DNA of 64,000 bases from Octopus sinensis (GCF_006345805.1 NC_043012.1:2604001-2668000); one strand, 5' to 3'. Numbered from the stretch's first letter, positions 26,239 through 39,582 are shown. A program made the numbers and translations. Notes: generated by a model from the letters alone, not told the origin.

Positions 26239-27408
26239 TATGTTTATCTTTGGGCAACAAATTTGATCCAAATGCTAGTAATAATGCAGTCTTTGTTAAA
26301 GCAACCCAAGTCATGGTGCATGGCTTATTAGGTTATTTGGCTCATGCTTGTAGGGTCATGAGTTTGATTTTCAGCAGCATGTAGTGTCCTTGGGCAAGAC
26401 CCTTTATTTCATGTTGCTCCAATCCATTCAGCTGGCCAAAATGAGTCATACCAGTAATTCAAAGGGCCAGCCTTGTCACATTCTGTGTCATGCTGAATCG
26501 CCCTGAAAACTACATTAAGGGAACACGTGTCTGTGGAGTGCTTTGCCACTTGTACATTAATTACACCAGCAGATTTTTCAGTTGCTTGGATCAACTGGAA
26601 TCTTCATTGTCGCAGGTGATGGAGTGCCAGTTTAAAGCAACTTAAAGGCCAGGTGTTAGTGATAAACTGAGTGATGAATTGAGTCTATCACTCAAGAACT
26701 TGTACAGTTCATTTGATGGGCTTCCACACAGTTTCCATCTCCAGAATTTCACTCATAATTATCATGGTAGAAGATACTTGCTCAATGTACTGCAAAGTGA
26801 GATGAAATTTTGGAACACACAATTGTGAAACAGACTTCTTAACTGCACGGTCATGTCTAACCTGTAGGCAATTCTCAACAGTGCTTTCTTCTATAATCCT
26901 CAAACAGTATACTCCAAGAGCTAACCCCTATCTCCTCCAGGCATATACATGAAGGAATGGGATGTGACTGGTGTTTCAAGAAGGAGATATAAAATGAATA
27001 AGTTTATTGTCAAAGGAACCACTAAAGGACACAACCAGAAATGTCACATGGTAACATTCTTCTTTTCACTTGGACAATCTCAGGTGAAAAGTGGAAACGA
27101 CATCCTTCTCTCTCCCATCTCCATCCCTCTCTCTCTCTCTCCCACTCTTCCTCCCTCTCTCTTTCTCCTGCTCTCTTTCTTTCTCCGGCTCTCTTTCTCT
27201 CTGGCTTCCATGTAGTTTCCATTTACCAATTACACCCAGGAAGCATTGGTCACCCAAGATTCTTGCCCATGTTACCTATTCAGTGGAACTAAACCTCAGA
27301 CCACATGGTTGACAAGCAAACTTCTTAGCTCCACATTCATGCCTGTGCCATGAATATGTGTGTATGTATATATGTATATGTCTGTATGAATATATGTGTC
27401 TGTGCATC

Positions 27409-27455
<47 letters not shown>

Positions 27456-27952
27456 ACCTATGTGCATATATGTGTTCATGTATGTATGCTGGGCGGAATG
27501 TATAGCTGTATTTCATCTGTCGTTACGTTCTGAGTTCAAATTCCGCTGTGGTCGACTTTGCCTTTTATCCTCTCGGGGTCGATAAATAAAGTACCAGTTT
27601 CACACTGGGTCGATGTAATCGACTTAATCCCTTTGTCTGTCCTTGTTTGTCCCCTCTATGTTTAGCCCCTTGTGGGTAGTAAAGAAATATATATGTATGA
27701 GTGCATGTATGCATATGTATATATGTGTGTGCATGTATGTAATATAGGCATTTTTATTTGCATGTATACTTATCTGTTCTGTGTATAATGTTCTACTGTC
27801 TTGGCCAATCTATGCCAATGTTATTGTCTTGTCTATTTTCTACTTTTCTTTTCATGTCTTTACACTGTGTGTATGTTCTATATAGAATGTTCTATAGTCT
27901 TCACTATCTTCCCTGGCATCATTATTTCATCTTCTGCTTCATCTTCCTGCAG

Positions 27953-28142
27953 CTCCCAAAGTCAAAGACGATTCTCGATTGAATCTGAAGAATACGCCTG
28001 AAAGAGTAGAATTTGAGAACTATATCGAAGGTGTATCAGAGGAGACTGAAGAAGAACAGTTTGAACACAATTTGAGACCCTCATTATCATCTCAAGAACT
28101 TCTGGAAGCAAGTGACGAAGAAGAGAATTCAAGTGATTCTGA
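27953..28142 (+). CDS. MICAL3: MICAL exon K (TPERVEFEN/HNL acidic segment)
   Basis: cttcctgcag| ... ga|gtaagt; (A)PKVKDDSRLNLKNTPERVEFENYIEGVSEETEEEQFEHNLRPSLSSQELLEASDEEENSSDS. TPER.E.EN and HNL motifs as in MICAL3. Phase 1 to 2. Confidence 0.92.
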
Positions 28143-28699
28143 GTAAGTCGGTTCATTTCATATTTCTGATACCTGGGTCAGGTAGCTGTTTCAGAAGCTG
28201 TTCAGAAATCCTCTTTAGTATTTCAATATGCAGAAAGGAATAGTTTTTCCAAAATCACTAAAATCATTTTAATTCGTAGTTTTAGAATTTAATAATAGCT
28301 TCTTCTTAATCAACTGGATTATCAAGGTGCACACAACATCCTCTCACCTCTTCCAGATACATCTAGTATAATTATTTCTTGTTTGAAATATCTACTGCAC
28401 CCATTTCTCTTCTGCAAGTGCCACACTACTTTCACCCTGCATTAATTTGGAATTCCTATTCTGCCCACATTATTTTCTATAGACTAGTTCTATAGTCAAC
28501 CAACCTTATTGACCTTGCTTCTCTGGATGACGTCATATTGACCTCATCAATCTGCCCTTTCTTCTCTGACTACGTAATGGGATCAGAGCTCTAATGTAGA
28601 CTTTACTTGAGCTTTATACAAAACAGTAACTGCTCAAATTTAAATTATTTTCATACTCTGAAGGTAAACCTTAATCTTTGAAATTCAGGTTTAGTATTG

Positions 28700-28734
<35 letters not shown>

Positions 28735-29209
28735 CGCCGCCTCCACTGGCTTCCGTGCCGGTGGTACGTAAAATACACCAATCCGACCGTACGACAGGCA
28801 CCCATGCCAACCCCCTTTGCTTGCGAAGACATGTTGGGGCAAGCGAAATCGAAATTGAATTGAACCAGCCAGGATCCCTGGTCTGGTGGTACGTAAAAAG
28901 CACTATCCGACTCGTGGCCGATGCCAGTGCCGCCTCGACTGGCTTCTGTGCCGGTGGCACATAAAATGCACCAATCCGACCATGGCCGTTACCAGCCTCG
29001 CCTGGCACCTGTGCAGGTGGCACGTAAAAAGCACCCACTACACTCACGGAGTGGTTGGCGTTAGGAAGGGCATCCAGCTGTAGAAACATTGCCAGATAAG
29101 ACTGGAGCCTGGTGCAGCCTTCTGGCTTCCCAGATCCCCGGTCGAACCGTCCAACCCATGCTAGCATGGAGAACGGACGTTAAACGATGATGATGATATA
29201 TATATATAT

Positions 29210-29482
29210 GGGGAGGTGCAGTGGTTAGGGCAGTGGACTTGCGGTCGTAGGATCGCGGTTTCGATTCCCAGACCGGGCGTTGTGAGTGTTTATTGAACGA
29301 AAACACCTAAAAGCTCCACGACGCTCCGGCAGGGGGTGGTGATCCCTGCTGTACTCTTTCTCCCACTCTTTCTTCTGTTGGCCTGCTCGCTTAGCCAGCG
29401 GGGTGGCGTCATTCGAAGGCTAAAACAATGCGAACGCATTGTGACCAGCGATGTGTAACAACATCTGATGGTCTGGTTGGTT

Positions 29483-29488
<6 letters not shown>
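29210..29488 (+). mobile_element. SINE family C, alternative tail (antisense copy at 22512-22802)
   Basis: same head as 40294, tail gcctgctcgcttagccagc...gtgaccagcgatgtg; inserted in (TA)n. Confidence 0.85.
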
Positions 29489-29541
<53 letters not shown>

Positions 29542-30399
29542 AGATAAAAACAGAGCGAGAGAGGCATAGCATTTATTTGTAGCAATCTACAGTGACAAAA
29601 CTGTTTCTTTGCTCCATGTAGCAAATTATCTTTGTGCTATTGGAAGAAGCCAGGTTGAAGAATGTTTTCAGTGTCTCTGTTTAGGGGACAGTTGGGGCCT
29701 GGTGCAAGGTTTGTGAGATTTTGAGATTCTGTAAGAATAATAACTACGTAAAAGTAAGTTTAAGGAGGAATGGAGGGTGGGTGTAAGTAAATCATTAAAC
29801 CAGCACTGTGTTGATTTTGATGACAAAGGTTCCAGTTCATCTGATCGACAGAAGAGCCTGTTTGTGAAATTAATGTGCTGGTGGTTGAGTACTCCACAGA
29901 CATGCATACCCTTAACATAGTTCTCAGGAAGATTCAGCGTGACACAGAATATGATAAGGCTGGTCCTTCAAAAAATAAGTACAACTAATTTTTGCCAGCT
30001 GAGTGAACTGAAGTAACATGAAATAAGTAACTTGCTCAAAGATATAATGCACTGCCGTGTATTGAACTTACAACTGTGAACCGAGTACCTTAACCACTAA
30101 GCCACACACCTTCACATGCAAAGAAAGCAAAGTGAGATGTAATTGAACCTTGGGCTACACCACAGCTGGTAGAAGAACAACAAGGCTAGGACAGAGCTGG
30201 ATCAGCAAAGGTTGTAATAGGATCAAAAGATGAGACAGACTGAACCCATTGTCAGTTTAACTTAAGGGGAATTTATGGCAAGCTAAGATCACCAGCAGGC
30301 AGAATTTTCACAATTTCCCCTCTCTGTTCTTCTTAACAGATTTTAAACTTCTCTGAGGTGGATCATTGCAGACTCTTTCCAGTTGGGCCCACCTGACTC

Positions 30400-30640
30400 A
30401 ATCCTCCTCATCCTCTGGCTCTTCTCTTTCTCTTCTTCCACCTCCACTTCTTCCTTTTTTCCTTTTCTTTTGCCTCTTCTCTTTCTCCTCTTCCTCCTCT
30501 TTCTACCCCTCCTCTTTTTCTACTCTTCTTCCTTTTCTTCTGCCACTTCCCTTTCTCCTCTTCTTCATTCTCTTCTTCCTTCCCTTCTACTTCTCCTTCC
30601 CTTTCTCCTGTTCCTCATTTCCCTCCTCCTCCTTCTTGAA
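30400..30640. repeat. polypyrimidine (CT-rich) low-complexity tract
   Basis: almost pure C/T; a similar tract at 23325-23605 lies directly upstream of exon I. Confidence 0.9.
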
Positions 30641-31335
30641 CTGCAGCCATCAGGAGTTCCCTCCCAACACAAACTTTTGCCAAAACCATCCATGTAGCCG
30701 TAGTTCAAACTGAATGTCAACCAACATTAATCTCACCAGCCTAATATGGCCTCCAAAGATGAGGAACACTGCACCACCTCTCTTAGCTAAATCGTAGTTT
30801 AGAAAAAGAATTCTTAAAAACTATTTTTCCTACATTCCTTCAACTCTTTATTAAATGTTACCCGTGTTAGACTATCCGTTAGATAAATTCTATGTAACCA
30901 AATGTTGGTTAAGTATTTAAAAAGTATTTAAAAAGTATTTAAAAGAACTGTTCTTTGTATTTTTTTATTTATTTTTCCATAAATTTTATGCAAAATATGT
31001 TTTTGTATTCTTGTGTTCCCTCCTATATTTTGACACTGAATTTATGAAAATTCAATGTTTAGACTGATAATTGTATTTTTGCTCCCATTTGTATCTGTGT
31101 TGTTATGTCTATCATTATGAAAGCATGTACCCTTTGACTAAAAAAAAAACAAACCAAAAACCAAAACTATCACCTCCATTCCAACACTCCCATTAATACT
31201 TTATCCATTTTCCATTCCTTATATATTTTCGGAAAGACCTCAGGCATTCCTGTTGCTCTAATCAACCCGATCTCTCCATTTATTTTTTTTTTCCTTCTTT
31301 GTTATCATTTTTTTTTCTCTCCTATTAATTTCCAG

Positions 31336-31380
31336 TGAAGAACTTTCCGATCTGGAGCTGTCGGACTTTCTGTCCCAGTG
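31336..31380 (+). CDS. MICAL3: probable MICAL exon L (45 nt, phase 2-2; terminal if read on to TAG at 31403-31405)
   Basis: long pyrimidine tract, then ttccag|; (D)EELSDLELSDFLSQ continues the acidic tract; tg|gtatgg donor. Confidence 0.7.
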
Positions 31381-31559
31381 GTATGGAATTTATAACTCCT
31401 TGTAGCTTGGATTGAGCTGTTGTCTCTTTACATTTGTTGCCTTGCTAAGTTGTTTTGTTTGTTTCTCAGTTTTCAACCTGTTTTCTGCATGAGTTTTATC
31501 ATTTGTTCACTTTGTTGTATATAGAACTTTTCTTTTCTGCCGCTTTTTTTAATATATAT

Positions 31560-31604
<45 letters not shown>

Positions 31605-31679
31605 ATTTACACACACACACACACACACACATATTTACAGACACACACACATACATACGAACATATACAGATGTGCATA

Positions 31680-31900
31680 CTAATGCGTAGAAAAACACAC
31701 GCTAACACCTATAGATGTGTGCATTAATACATGCAAACGCGCGCACTAATACGTGCAAACTACTACATGCAGACGCACACTAACACATAGATGTGTACAC
31801 TAACAAATATAGAGGCGCACACTAACACATCAAATGTGCACTAATACATCAAATGCGCACACTAATACATCAACCGCGCACACTAATACATGCAAACACA
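31680..31900. repeat. minisatellite of about 20-22 bp derived from (CA)n
   Basis: gcgcacactaatacat units following the (CA)n tract at 31564-31650. Confidence 0.7.
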
Positions 31901-32652
31901 TACATAGCTACACGCATACATGCATAGTCACAGATAGGGTGGTGGATTGAGAGTTGTTAGGATGCTGGATAAAACGTCTCATTGTATTTGTCCTGCTCTT
32001 TAAATTCTGTCTTTCCAAATGTTGCTGAGGTCAACTTTGTCTTCCATTCTTGTGGGGGCAATAAAATAATGTACTTGCCAAGTGATGTAATCATCTACCC
32101 CCAGCCTCCCTTCTCATATTTTCTGACCATGTTCCCATGTGAGAAGGAACTGTTGCTATTACTCATTGAACACACTGGGAAAAATGCTTAACCGTATTTT
32201 GTCTGTCTTAATGTCCTGAGATGAAATTCCACCAAGGTTGCCATTGCCCTTCATCCTTTCAGGGTTAATAAAATAAATACCGGCTGATTGCTGAGGGTCG
32301 ATGTAATTGACTTAGCCTCCTTCCCCTTAAATTGCTGGCCTTGTGCCAAAATTTGAAACCATTATTGATGGGTAGAATCAGTAATACTTTGTGGTATTTA
32401 GTTAAGTTTCTTTACAGTTTGAGTTCAAAATCCTGCTGAGATCAGCTTTGCCTTCCATCGTTCAGGAATCTATATAAAAGTACTGGTGGCGGGGGATGGG
32501 GGGGGGGTTAATGTAATTTGATGTTTCCTCTCTCAAAATTCTAAATAAGCTTTGTGCTTATGTTAAAAAATAATAATAATAACAGTAATCATCATCATCA
32601 TCATCATTTTATGTCCATTTTGCCCAGCTGGCATGGGATGGATGTATTTTAA

Positions 32653-32872
32653 CCCTTTAGTGTTCAGATTATTCTATCAAACATAATGCCTATTGATTCC
32701 CATTGATTTGAATTAATCATACATTATCTCATATCTTCAAGATCTTGATGGTGTAATTACTTAATGTAGTATAACATTGTAGGGTAGGTGTGAGAGCCTG
32801 GATCTGGCCAGTTTCAACATAAAACAGGTAGAATACTTTTGGCCGGATATGGCCGGTTTAAATACTAAAGGG
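32653..32872. mobile_element. piggyBac-type MITE, family 2
   Basis: TTAA|CCCTTTAGT ... ACTAAAGGG|TTAA; inverted decayed copy at 57151-57341, partial copy at about 53010-53068. Confidence 0.85.
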
Positions 32873-33112
32873 TTAAAGTGCCTAGCCTCCTTGTGGTTTT
32901 ATTTTATCATCTGCTGCTGTTCTTAATCTTTCCATTCACTGCAGTCCCTTGTCTCACCACTTGCCACAGTTCGTTTTAATCATTTGTAATGATAAACCGT
33001 TGAGAAGCAGCAGCCACTGCTGTTGTTGTGTGCCATTATTTTGGCATGATGTTTCTTAATGGATGGCCTTCCTAACATAAACTGTTTTTACAACATAGAC
33101 AGGGTGCATTCT

Positions 33113-33500
33113 TGGTGGAAGCACTCCGTCGGTTACGACGATGAGGGTTCCGGTTGATCCGAATCAACGGAACAGCCTGCTCATGAAATTAACGTGTAAG
33201 TGGCTGAGCACTCCACAGACACGTGCACCCATAACATAGTTCTTGGGGATATTCAGTGTGACACAGAGAGTGACAAGGCCGGCCCCTTGAAATACAGGTA
33301 CAACAGAAACAGGAAGTAAGAGTGAGAGAAAGTTGTGGTGAAAGAGTACAGCAGGGATCACCACCATCCCCTGCCGGAGCCTCGTGGAGCTTTTAGGTGT
33401 TTTCGCTCAATAAACACTCACAACGCCCAGTCTGGGATCAAAACCGCGATCCTATGACCGCGAGTCCGCTGCCCTAACCACTGGGCCATTGCGACTCCAC
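33113..33500 (-). mobile_element. young tRNA-derived SINE family C with 14-bp TSD
   Basis: TSD ACAGGGTGCATTCT at 33099-33112 and 33501-33514; CpG-rich. Confidence 0.93.
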
Positions 33501-34064
33501 ACAGGGTGCATTCTATCATACCAGTAGTGGTATAGAGGCTGTCCTCATAGCACTTGGCAGAAAGGATGTTTATTTAGAATCTAGGCTTTGTGCCACTAGG
33601 TGGAGAAGAGAAGTTTAGTTACCAAGCTATTAGTTTAGAGAGGAGAGTGAACTAATGGCAGTTGGACATACTTCTCGGTCTTGGGAGTGCTTGATATTCT
33701 AAATGATAATTAATAAATTAGTCTGCTTTAGATAATTAAGCACCCTTATCACAGACATATAAATGTAATAGCCAGCTCCTTTGATAAGATGCTTACAAGT
33801 TTATCTTTTCTCAGTAAATTAGAATTTTTTTCAAATACAAATAGTTTTATGGTTTCTGATCTGGTTTTTCATGTTTAGCAGTTCAAATCTAGATAAGACC
33901 TTTTTTGTTTTTCTTCTTTCTTGAAATAACTTCAAGCTAGACGTTTCTTCTACAACTTGGCCTCCTACTTATTCTTCAAATTAATTATCATTATTTTTAC
34001 TATTGAATTATTAGTCTTTCATTTCACTGCATTGACTCATGTTTTGGGGCTTCAGTTGTCTTAA

Positions 34065-34285
34065 CCCTTTCATTACTGTATTTATTTTGAGATTCTCTGA
34101 TTTTCTCTCAATTACTTTAAATATAACAAAGAATTTAGTAAAATAACTTAGTTATCATTAAGCTAGTATTAGGAACATTAATTGTGACTAAGGTTTGGTG
34201 AAAGATTTTAATTCAAAACTTATGAAAACAAGACATTTGTACTACAGAGCTAGGGCCGGTTTCAGCCGGGTTAGTAACGAAAGGG
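34065..34285. mobile_element. piggyBac-type MITE, family 1
   Basis: TTAA|CCCTTTCATTAC ... GTAACGAAAGGG|TTAA. Confidence 0.9.
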
Positions 34286-35199
34286 TTAAACACTTTATAT
34301 GTTTGCAACAGCCAAAATCATAGTTTTATTTGAATATTTTTGATGACTTGACCACCAAGCCTTTTATCAACATGGAATTAAACAAACATTAGTTCAGATA
34401 AATCTGTTCAGTTACAACTGGCAAAGGTCCTTGATTTCTTAGTTTGATTGTATCTCTCCTTCCATTAAAATGTGAACATAGTATTTATTAAGCTATATTT
34501 CAAAAGGCACATCTTTTCACAATAACCTTTTAAAAAATATCTATATCCAACAAGTGGTTGGCAGTTTCAATCTATTTCCTTTTTAATGTTCAGTTTTTCC
34601 TATTACATTAGATTAAGCATAAATCTGATCAAAGAGTAAAGTAAATTGTAATCCAAGTCTTATCTAAATTGCATCAAAGCTTTTACAAACACATGATACA
34701 GTTAATAAAGCTATAAGCAATGTTTTTTCTTTTGAAATGGCCTATCAAACTGTGAACAGCTTCACTTTAGATATATATGCTGTTCTAATTGAACTGTTGT
34801 TAACCATACATTTTTGGCAAGATGCCAGATGCAGCCAGGCTGACCTGTGTAATTAACAAAAATATGAATAACATATGTCAAATAGAATTACTATTGTTGT
34901 TGTTGTTGGTGTTAGTATGGTTGTTGTTGTGGTTGTCTATTTTTTTTTTCTATTCTTTTTTTTTCTTTCACAAATGCATTGTATCTCCTTCCAGAACTTT
35001 TTTTTCGTTTTAATAAATTAATTTCTAGGACATTTTACATTCTCTGTTTTAAGTATCTCTCCTCCTTTTAATTAAAAGAAAAGTAAAATAGTGCAAGAGA
35101 ACTATTTTCTTAAGTAAGTCAATACTGTTGTGTAATAGACTTAATCTTGACTGTTTGTTTTAATTTGTGTTATTACTTATGTAGTCTGGTTTCTCAGAG

Positions 35200-35550
35200 C
35201 ATGCCTGGTGTGTCCCCTATGTACTCCAACATGTCTGGTGTGTCCCCTATGTACTCAACATGTCTGGTGTGTCCCCTATATACTCTAACATGCCTGGTGT
35301 GTCCCTTATATACTCCAACATGTCTGGTGTGTCCCCTATGTACTCCAACATGTCTGGTGTATCCCATCGGTACTCCAACATATACAGTGTGTCCCACATA
35401 TATATATACTCCTCCATATTTAATCTGTCTCAATTGTACTTCAAAATACCTGATCTGTCTCACCTGTACTCTAATATGTCTGGTGTCCCATCTGTACTTC
35501 AAGGAACTCTAATATGATTTGTGTGTCCTATCTGAAATCCCACATGTCTA
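35200..35550. repeat. 30-bp minisatellite, about 11 units
   Basis: unit atgtctggtgtgtcccctatgtactccaac, decaying towards the right. Confidence 0.9.
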
Positions 35551-36249
35551 CTTTAGTCTCTAGTGTATCTATTTTGACCTATTGGAACTATAGTGTTGCC
35601 TATTTCTAATTGTCTTTACTTACAGTGTCATCTACTCTTAACTGTCAGTATTTTAGTGTATCTACTTTGGTTCTTTTTTTTTTTTTTTTTGCACTCTAGG
35701 TTTTTCTGTGCTCTAATATTTTTCTTCTGCTCATTTATCACGTCTCCACTATTTGATTGATCTGTAATCTATAACTTTTTTTTTTTTTTCAAAACTTTAA
35801 TATGAACTTTGATAAAATAAATTGCCAAAGTTGATCGATGTCTTTCTATATCGTATGCCGCATCTCTTTGATCAAAGAAATCAACTGTGCCATGCTGTTT
35901 GCTATATGTTTGCCAAATTGCTTTCTTTGGTTTCATTATTCACTGAACCAATTTGTGTTTGTAATTATTGCTGCTTTATTTCCCTTTTTATGATTTGCAA
36001 TATGTGTGTGTGTGTGTGTATGGACATAAATGAATTTTGAAAGTTTTTTTTTTTTTTAATGTTTATCAATCAACAGAGATTGTATCCCTTATTATGTCTC
36101 TGTATTTTGGAACAAATATAACTGGAATGAAGTTTCAACACCAGATATAATATACCTTACGGTAACTTCTCAGAAGTTTTGGTTGAGTCACCAGTATATG
36201 TATGAAACCCGCGTGTGTGTGTGTGTGTGTGTTATTGGATTGAGATGTA

Positions 36250-36720
36250 CCAGGGAAAATGTTTTGGAACTCAGTGGTGTGTTAACGAGGGGGGAAGAAT
36301 CACTGAAACTATATGTTGCATATGTTAGAAATGCTATGATTTTGGGGATGAAGACCTGGGTAATGAAATATAAAAACTGCAGAGAAGGCTGGAAATAAGA
36401 AAATGTTTTGATAGATGAGCAGAGTATTGCTGTGTGTGTGTGACAGGGAGAGGAAGAGGAATTGTGGAGAATCATGGGTATAAAGCCAGTAATAGATGTT
36501 GATAAATTGGATGAAATGACTGGGTCATGTGTTGAAGAAGGATAAAAGTGTTTGAGTGAGAGAGAGGTAATGGAAGTGAATGTGCAAGAAAGGAAAGGAA
36601 AAAATTGAAGAAGACATGGCTTAAGATGAGCTGGACAAGGGAGATGATAAAACAGAGAAGGTTATATTGGAGTTGCAAGACTAACTTCTGCTTTAGTAAG
36701 AAAATGGTCTTGAAACACCT
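36250..36720 (+). mobile_element. highly decayed RTE-like LINE 3-prime fragment
   Basis: ELSGVLTR...LKLYVAYVRNAMILGMKTWVMK resembles the RTE LY..CVRSAMLYG.ETW motif. Confidence 0.6.
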
Positions 36721-37032
36721 GCTGTTGTTGCATATGTGTGCGTGCTTCTACCATAGTTTCCAGCATACAAATTGATGTAATAGTGTAAACAATTAAAAAC
36801 CTTCACTATCTTCCCAAATCCTGCTGCACTTTGCATGAAATTGTTGGTCCTCCCAAAGCTGTCTTGACCTGTTTTATTTGGTCATAAATTTTGATCTGTA
36901 AAATTTGACTTGTATGCTGGAAAATACAGAATAGATTAGAAGTTGAGCCACCAGTATTTCTAAGAGTTAAGAATTGTCAAAGAATAGTCTTATTTCACTG
37001 AAAATCATATGTGGGGGAGTGGATTTTTTTGC

Positions 37033-37082
<50 letters not shown>

Positions 37083-37603
37083 GTGTACGTCACATGACCT
37101 TGTGGTTGAATATGTGCATCAGATTCATATCATCAAGAGGAATTCTGTAAAATGACCATGGGCCCACAGGATACTGCAGCACGTAGCCTTGCCTTCTATT
37201 CCATGACTGCAGTGCATGGTGCAGATTTTTATGCCATGAGTGTTTTCTATATGTTTAATCTCTAAAAGGGTTGTTTTCTTTAATCTGTTTTTTTGTTTTG
37301 TTTTGTTTATTCTCTCTTTTCCTGTGTATATATCACAATGAACCACTCTACGCATTTTAATGAGAATATTTTCAAGTTTGAGCACGTCTCTTTTACAGCA
37401 GTTATTTATCTAATCTTTTTCTCTATTTTTTCCCCCAAAATACAGAATTGTATCATTTACAGACTTAATAACTTATTTATTCACCATCGTGATACAAACT
37501 GAAAGGATGTTTCCTATGACAGATAAATCATTGCCTCTTTTGATATGTTTGTTTGTATGTATGTATTTATGTATGTATTTATGTATGTATGTATTTATTT
37601 GTG

Positions 37604-37657
<54 letters not shown>

Positions 37658-37828
37658 CATATACATATATAGATAGATAGATAGATAGAGACAGGCAGGC
37701 AGGTAGACAAACAGACAGACAGAGTAGAGTGCCAGATACTGCTCTCAATGTTTCTGTTCTGGCTTGTGTCTATATTAGAAACAAGTCCTTCCCCCTACAT
37801 TCTAAGCCTTGTGCCTTTACTAGAGAGG

Positions 37829-37862
<34 letters not shown>

Positions 37863-38120
37863 GCACACCAGCAAAATGCTTTGTGGTATTCCTTTCATCT
37901 TTATGTTTTGAGTTCAAATTCTGCCGAGGTCGACTTTGCCTTTCATCCTTTCAGGGTCAATAAAATAATTACCAGTTAAGCATTAGGTTGATGTAATCAA
38001 CTTACTCCTGCCCCTGAAATTGCTGGTTTCATGTGCCAAAATTTGAAACTGTTATTAATTTCAGGCTTTGTGCCTATAATAGAAAGGATTATTATTATTG
38101 TTATTATTATTATTATTATT

Positions 38121-38257
38121 AGGTTGTCCCAAAAGTTCGTAAACACTTGCGAAAATTGAATTTTTACTCGCCAAGTACTAACAAAAACAACAAAAATTAT
38201 TCCTCAAAATAAAGACCGTTATTTTCCAAGACTTTCTACGAACTTTTGGGACAACCT
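38121..38257. mobile_element. Tc1/mariner-type MITE inside an (ATT)n run
   Basis: 21-bp perfect TIR AGGTTGTCCCAAAAGTTCGTA / TACGAACTTTTGGGACAACCT. Confidence 0.88.
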
Positions 38258-38259
38258 TA

Positions 38260-38290
<31 letters not shown>

Positions 38291-39248
38291 ATTGTGGTGT
38301 GCTGGCAGAATTGTTAGAACACTGGACAAAATGCTTAGTGATATTTTGTTCATCCTTACATTCTGATTTCAAATTCTACCGAGGTTGACTTTGCTTTTCA
38401 TCTTTCCAAGGCCGATAAGATAAGTTACAGTTGAACACTAAGGGACGATGTAATTAACTTACTCCTGCCCCAAATTTGCTGGCCATGTGCCAGCATGCTA
38501 ACGATTCTGCCAGCTTGCTGCCTTGAAATGCCACTATATTATATTATTTTCCAATGAAGTCATTGTGGGATGGAAGGCAGTTCCACCCAAGACTAGTTTT
38601 TCCACAAGAGTAAATAAGAATCTTTGCCTTTTATGGTGATAAATCAACTCTGTCACATCTTTTGTCTTCGGTAGATGCTATGATTTAGGATTGATACAGT
38701 AAAATAACTTCACTCCTTAAATTGGTTTCTCGATTTTATATTTTGGAATTGACGTGTTTTGTATGTATTCAGAGAGACTGTGGGTTATAACTGGGTTCTT
38801 TGGTTGGTTGTAAACATACACTTTGAAGGGGGGACCTTTGAAGGGGGGACCTTGGATATTTTGTTGTGGCATCAACTTTGTATGGATTTTTTTCCGTTGA
38901 TATATTTTTGCTCTGTTTACACCTTATTTGGTGCATCTATGAATCTTATCTTCAACATGTATATGTACAGTGAAACTCGAAGCAGATAAAACTATGAATA
39001 AAAGCATATAAACATTGGGTTAAAAGAAACCCTTTGAATAGAAAAAGTCAAAAAAAAAAAAAAAGACTGTCTATGAGACAGTATCCTACATCTTCTATCA
39101 AACATGACAGACATTCTACCATTGTCATGTGGGCAGCCTTCAACTTCTTCTATCCGACGAGTTCTATGAGTTTTACTGTTCCAAAAACAAATCATTTTAC
39201 ATTCTCTTGAAGTTTATAAATTTTTATGACATCAAAATACATACGCAT

Positions 39249-39327
<79 letters not shown>

Positions 39328-39361
39328 AACACACACACACATACATACATACATACATACA

Positions 39362-39582
39362 TACAAAGATGCTGAAAAGTTCCTGGCTTTAAGTAAAAGA
39401 AAATACAGGAAGATCAGTTAATTGTGATTCTATTCAACATATTCCCCTCTCAAATCCACACACTTATTGCAGTGGTCCTTCAGTTTTTCTAAACCCTATA
39501 AAAGAACTCAGAAGGTTGGGCCTCCAACCAGGCCTTTCGCGATACCCTTAAAACCTGGGGCTTTTCAGCAACCACCCCCATA
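39362..39582. mobile_element. mariner-type MITE (uninterrupted copy; interrupted copy at about 4345-4780)
   Basis: imperfect TIR TGCTGAAAAGTTCCTGG / CCTGGGGCTTTTCAGCA, TA flanks; same body as 4345-4528. Confidence 0.8.

Noticed and set aside
28700-29167. 155-aa minus-strand ORF (LQLDALPNANHS...GAFYVPPA)
   Set aside because: Antisense reading of the family D repeat; the same peptide recurs at 13699, 22287 and 62110.
30340-30357. Strong acceptor with an 18-nt segment ending gag|gtggat
   Set aside because: Weak donor and an immediate stop in the required phase 2 (EF*); no further support.
30366-30713. Leu/Phe/Ser-rich ORFs resembling membrane proteins
   Set aside because: Translation of a CT-rich low-complexity tract.
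35200-35550. Regularly spaced repeats as a CRISPR array
   Set aside because: Contiguous tandem units without unique spacers, in a eukaryotic intron; no cas genes.
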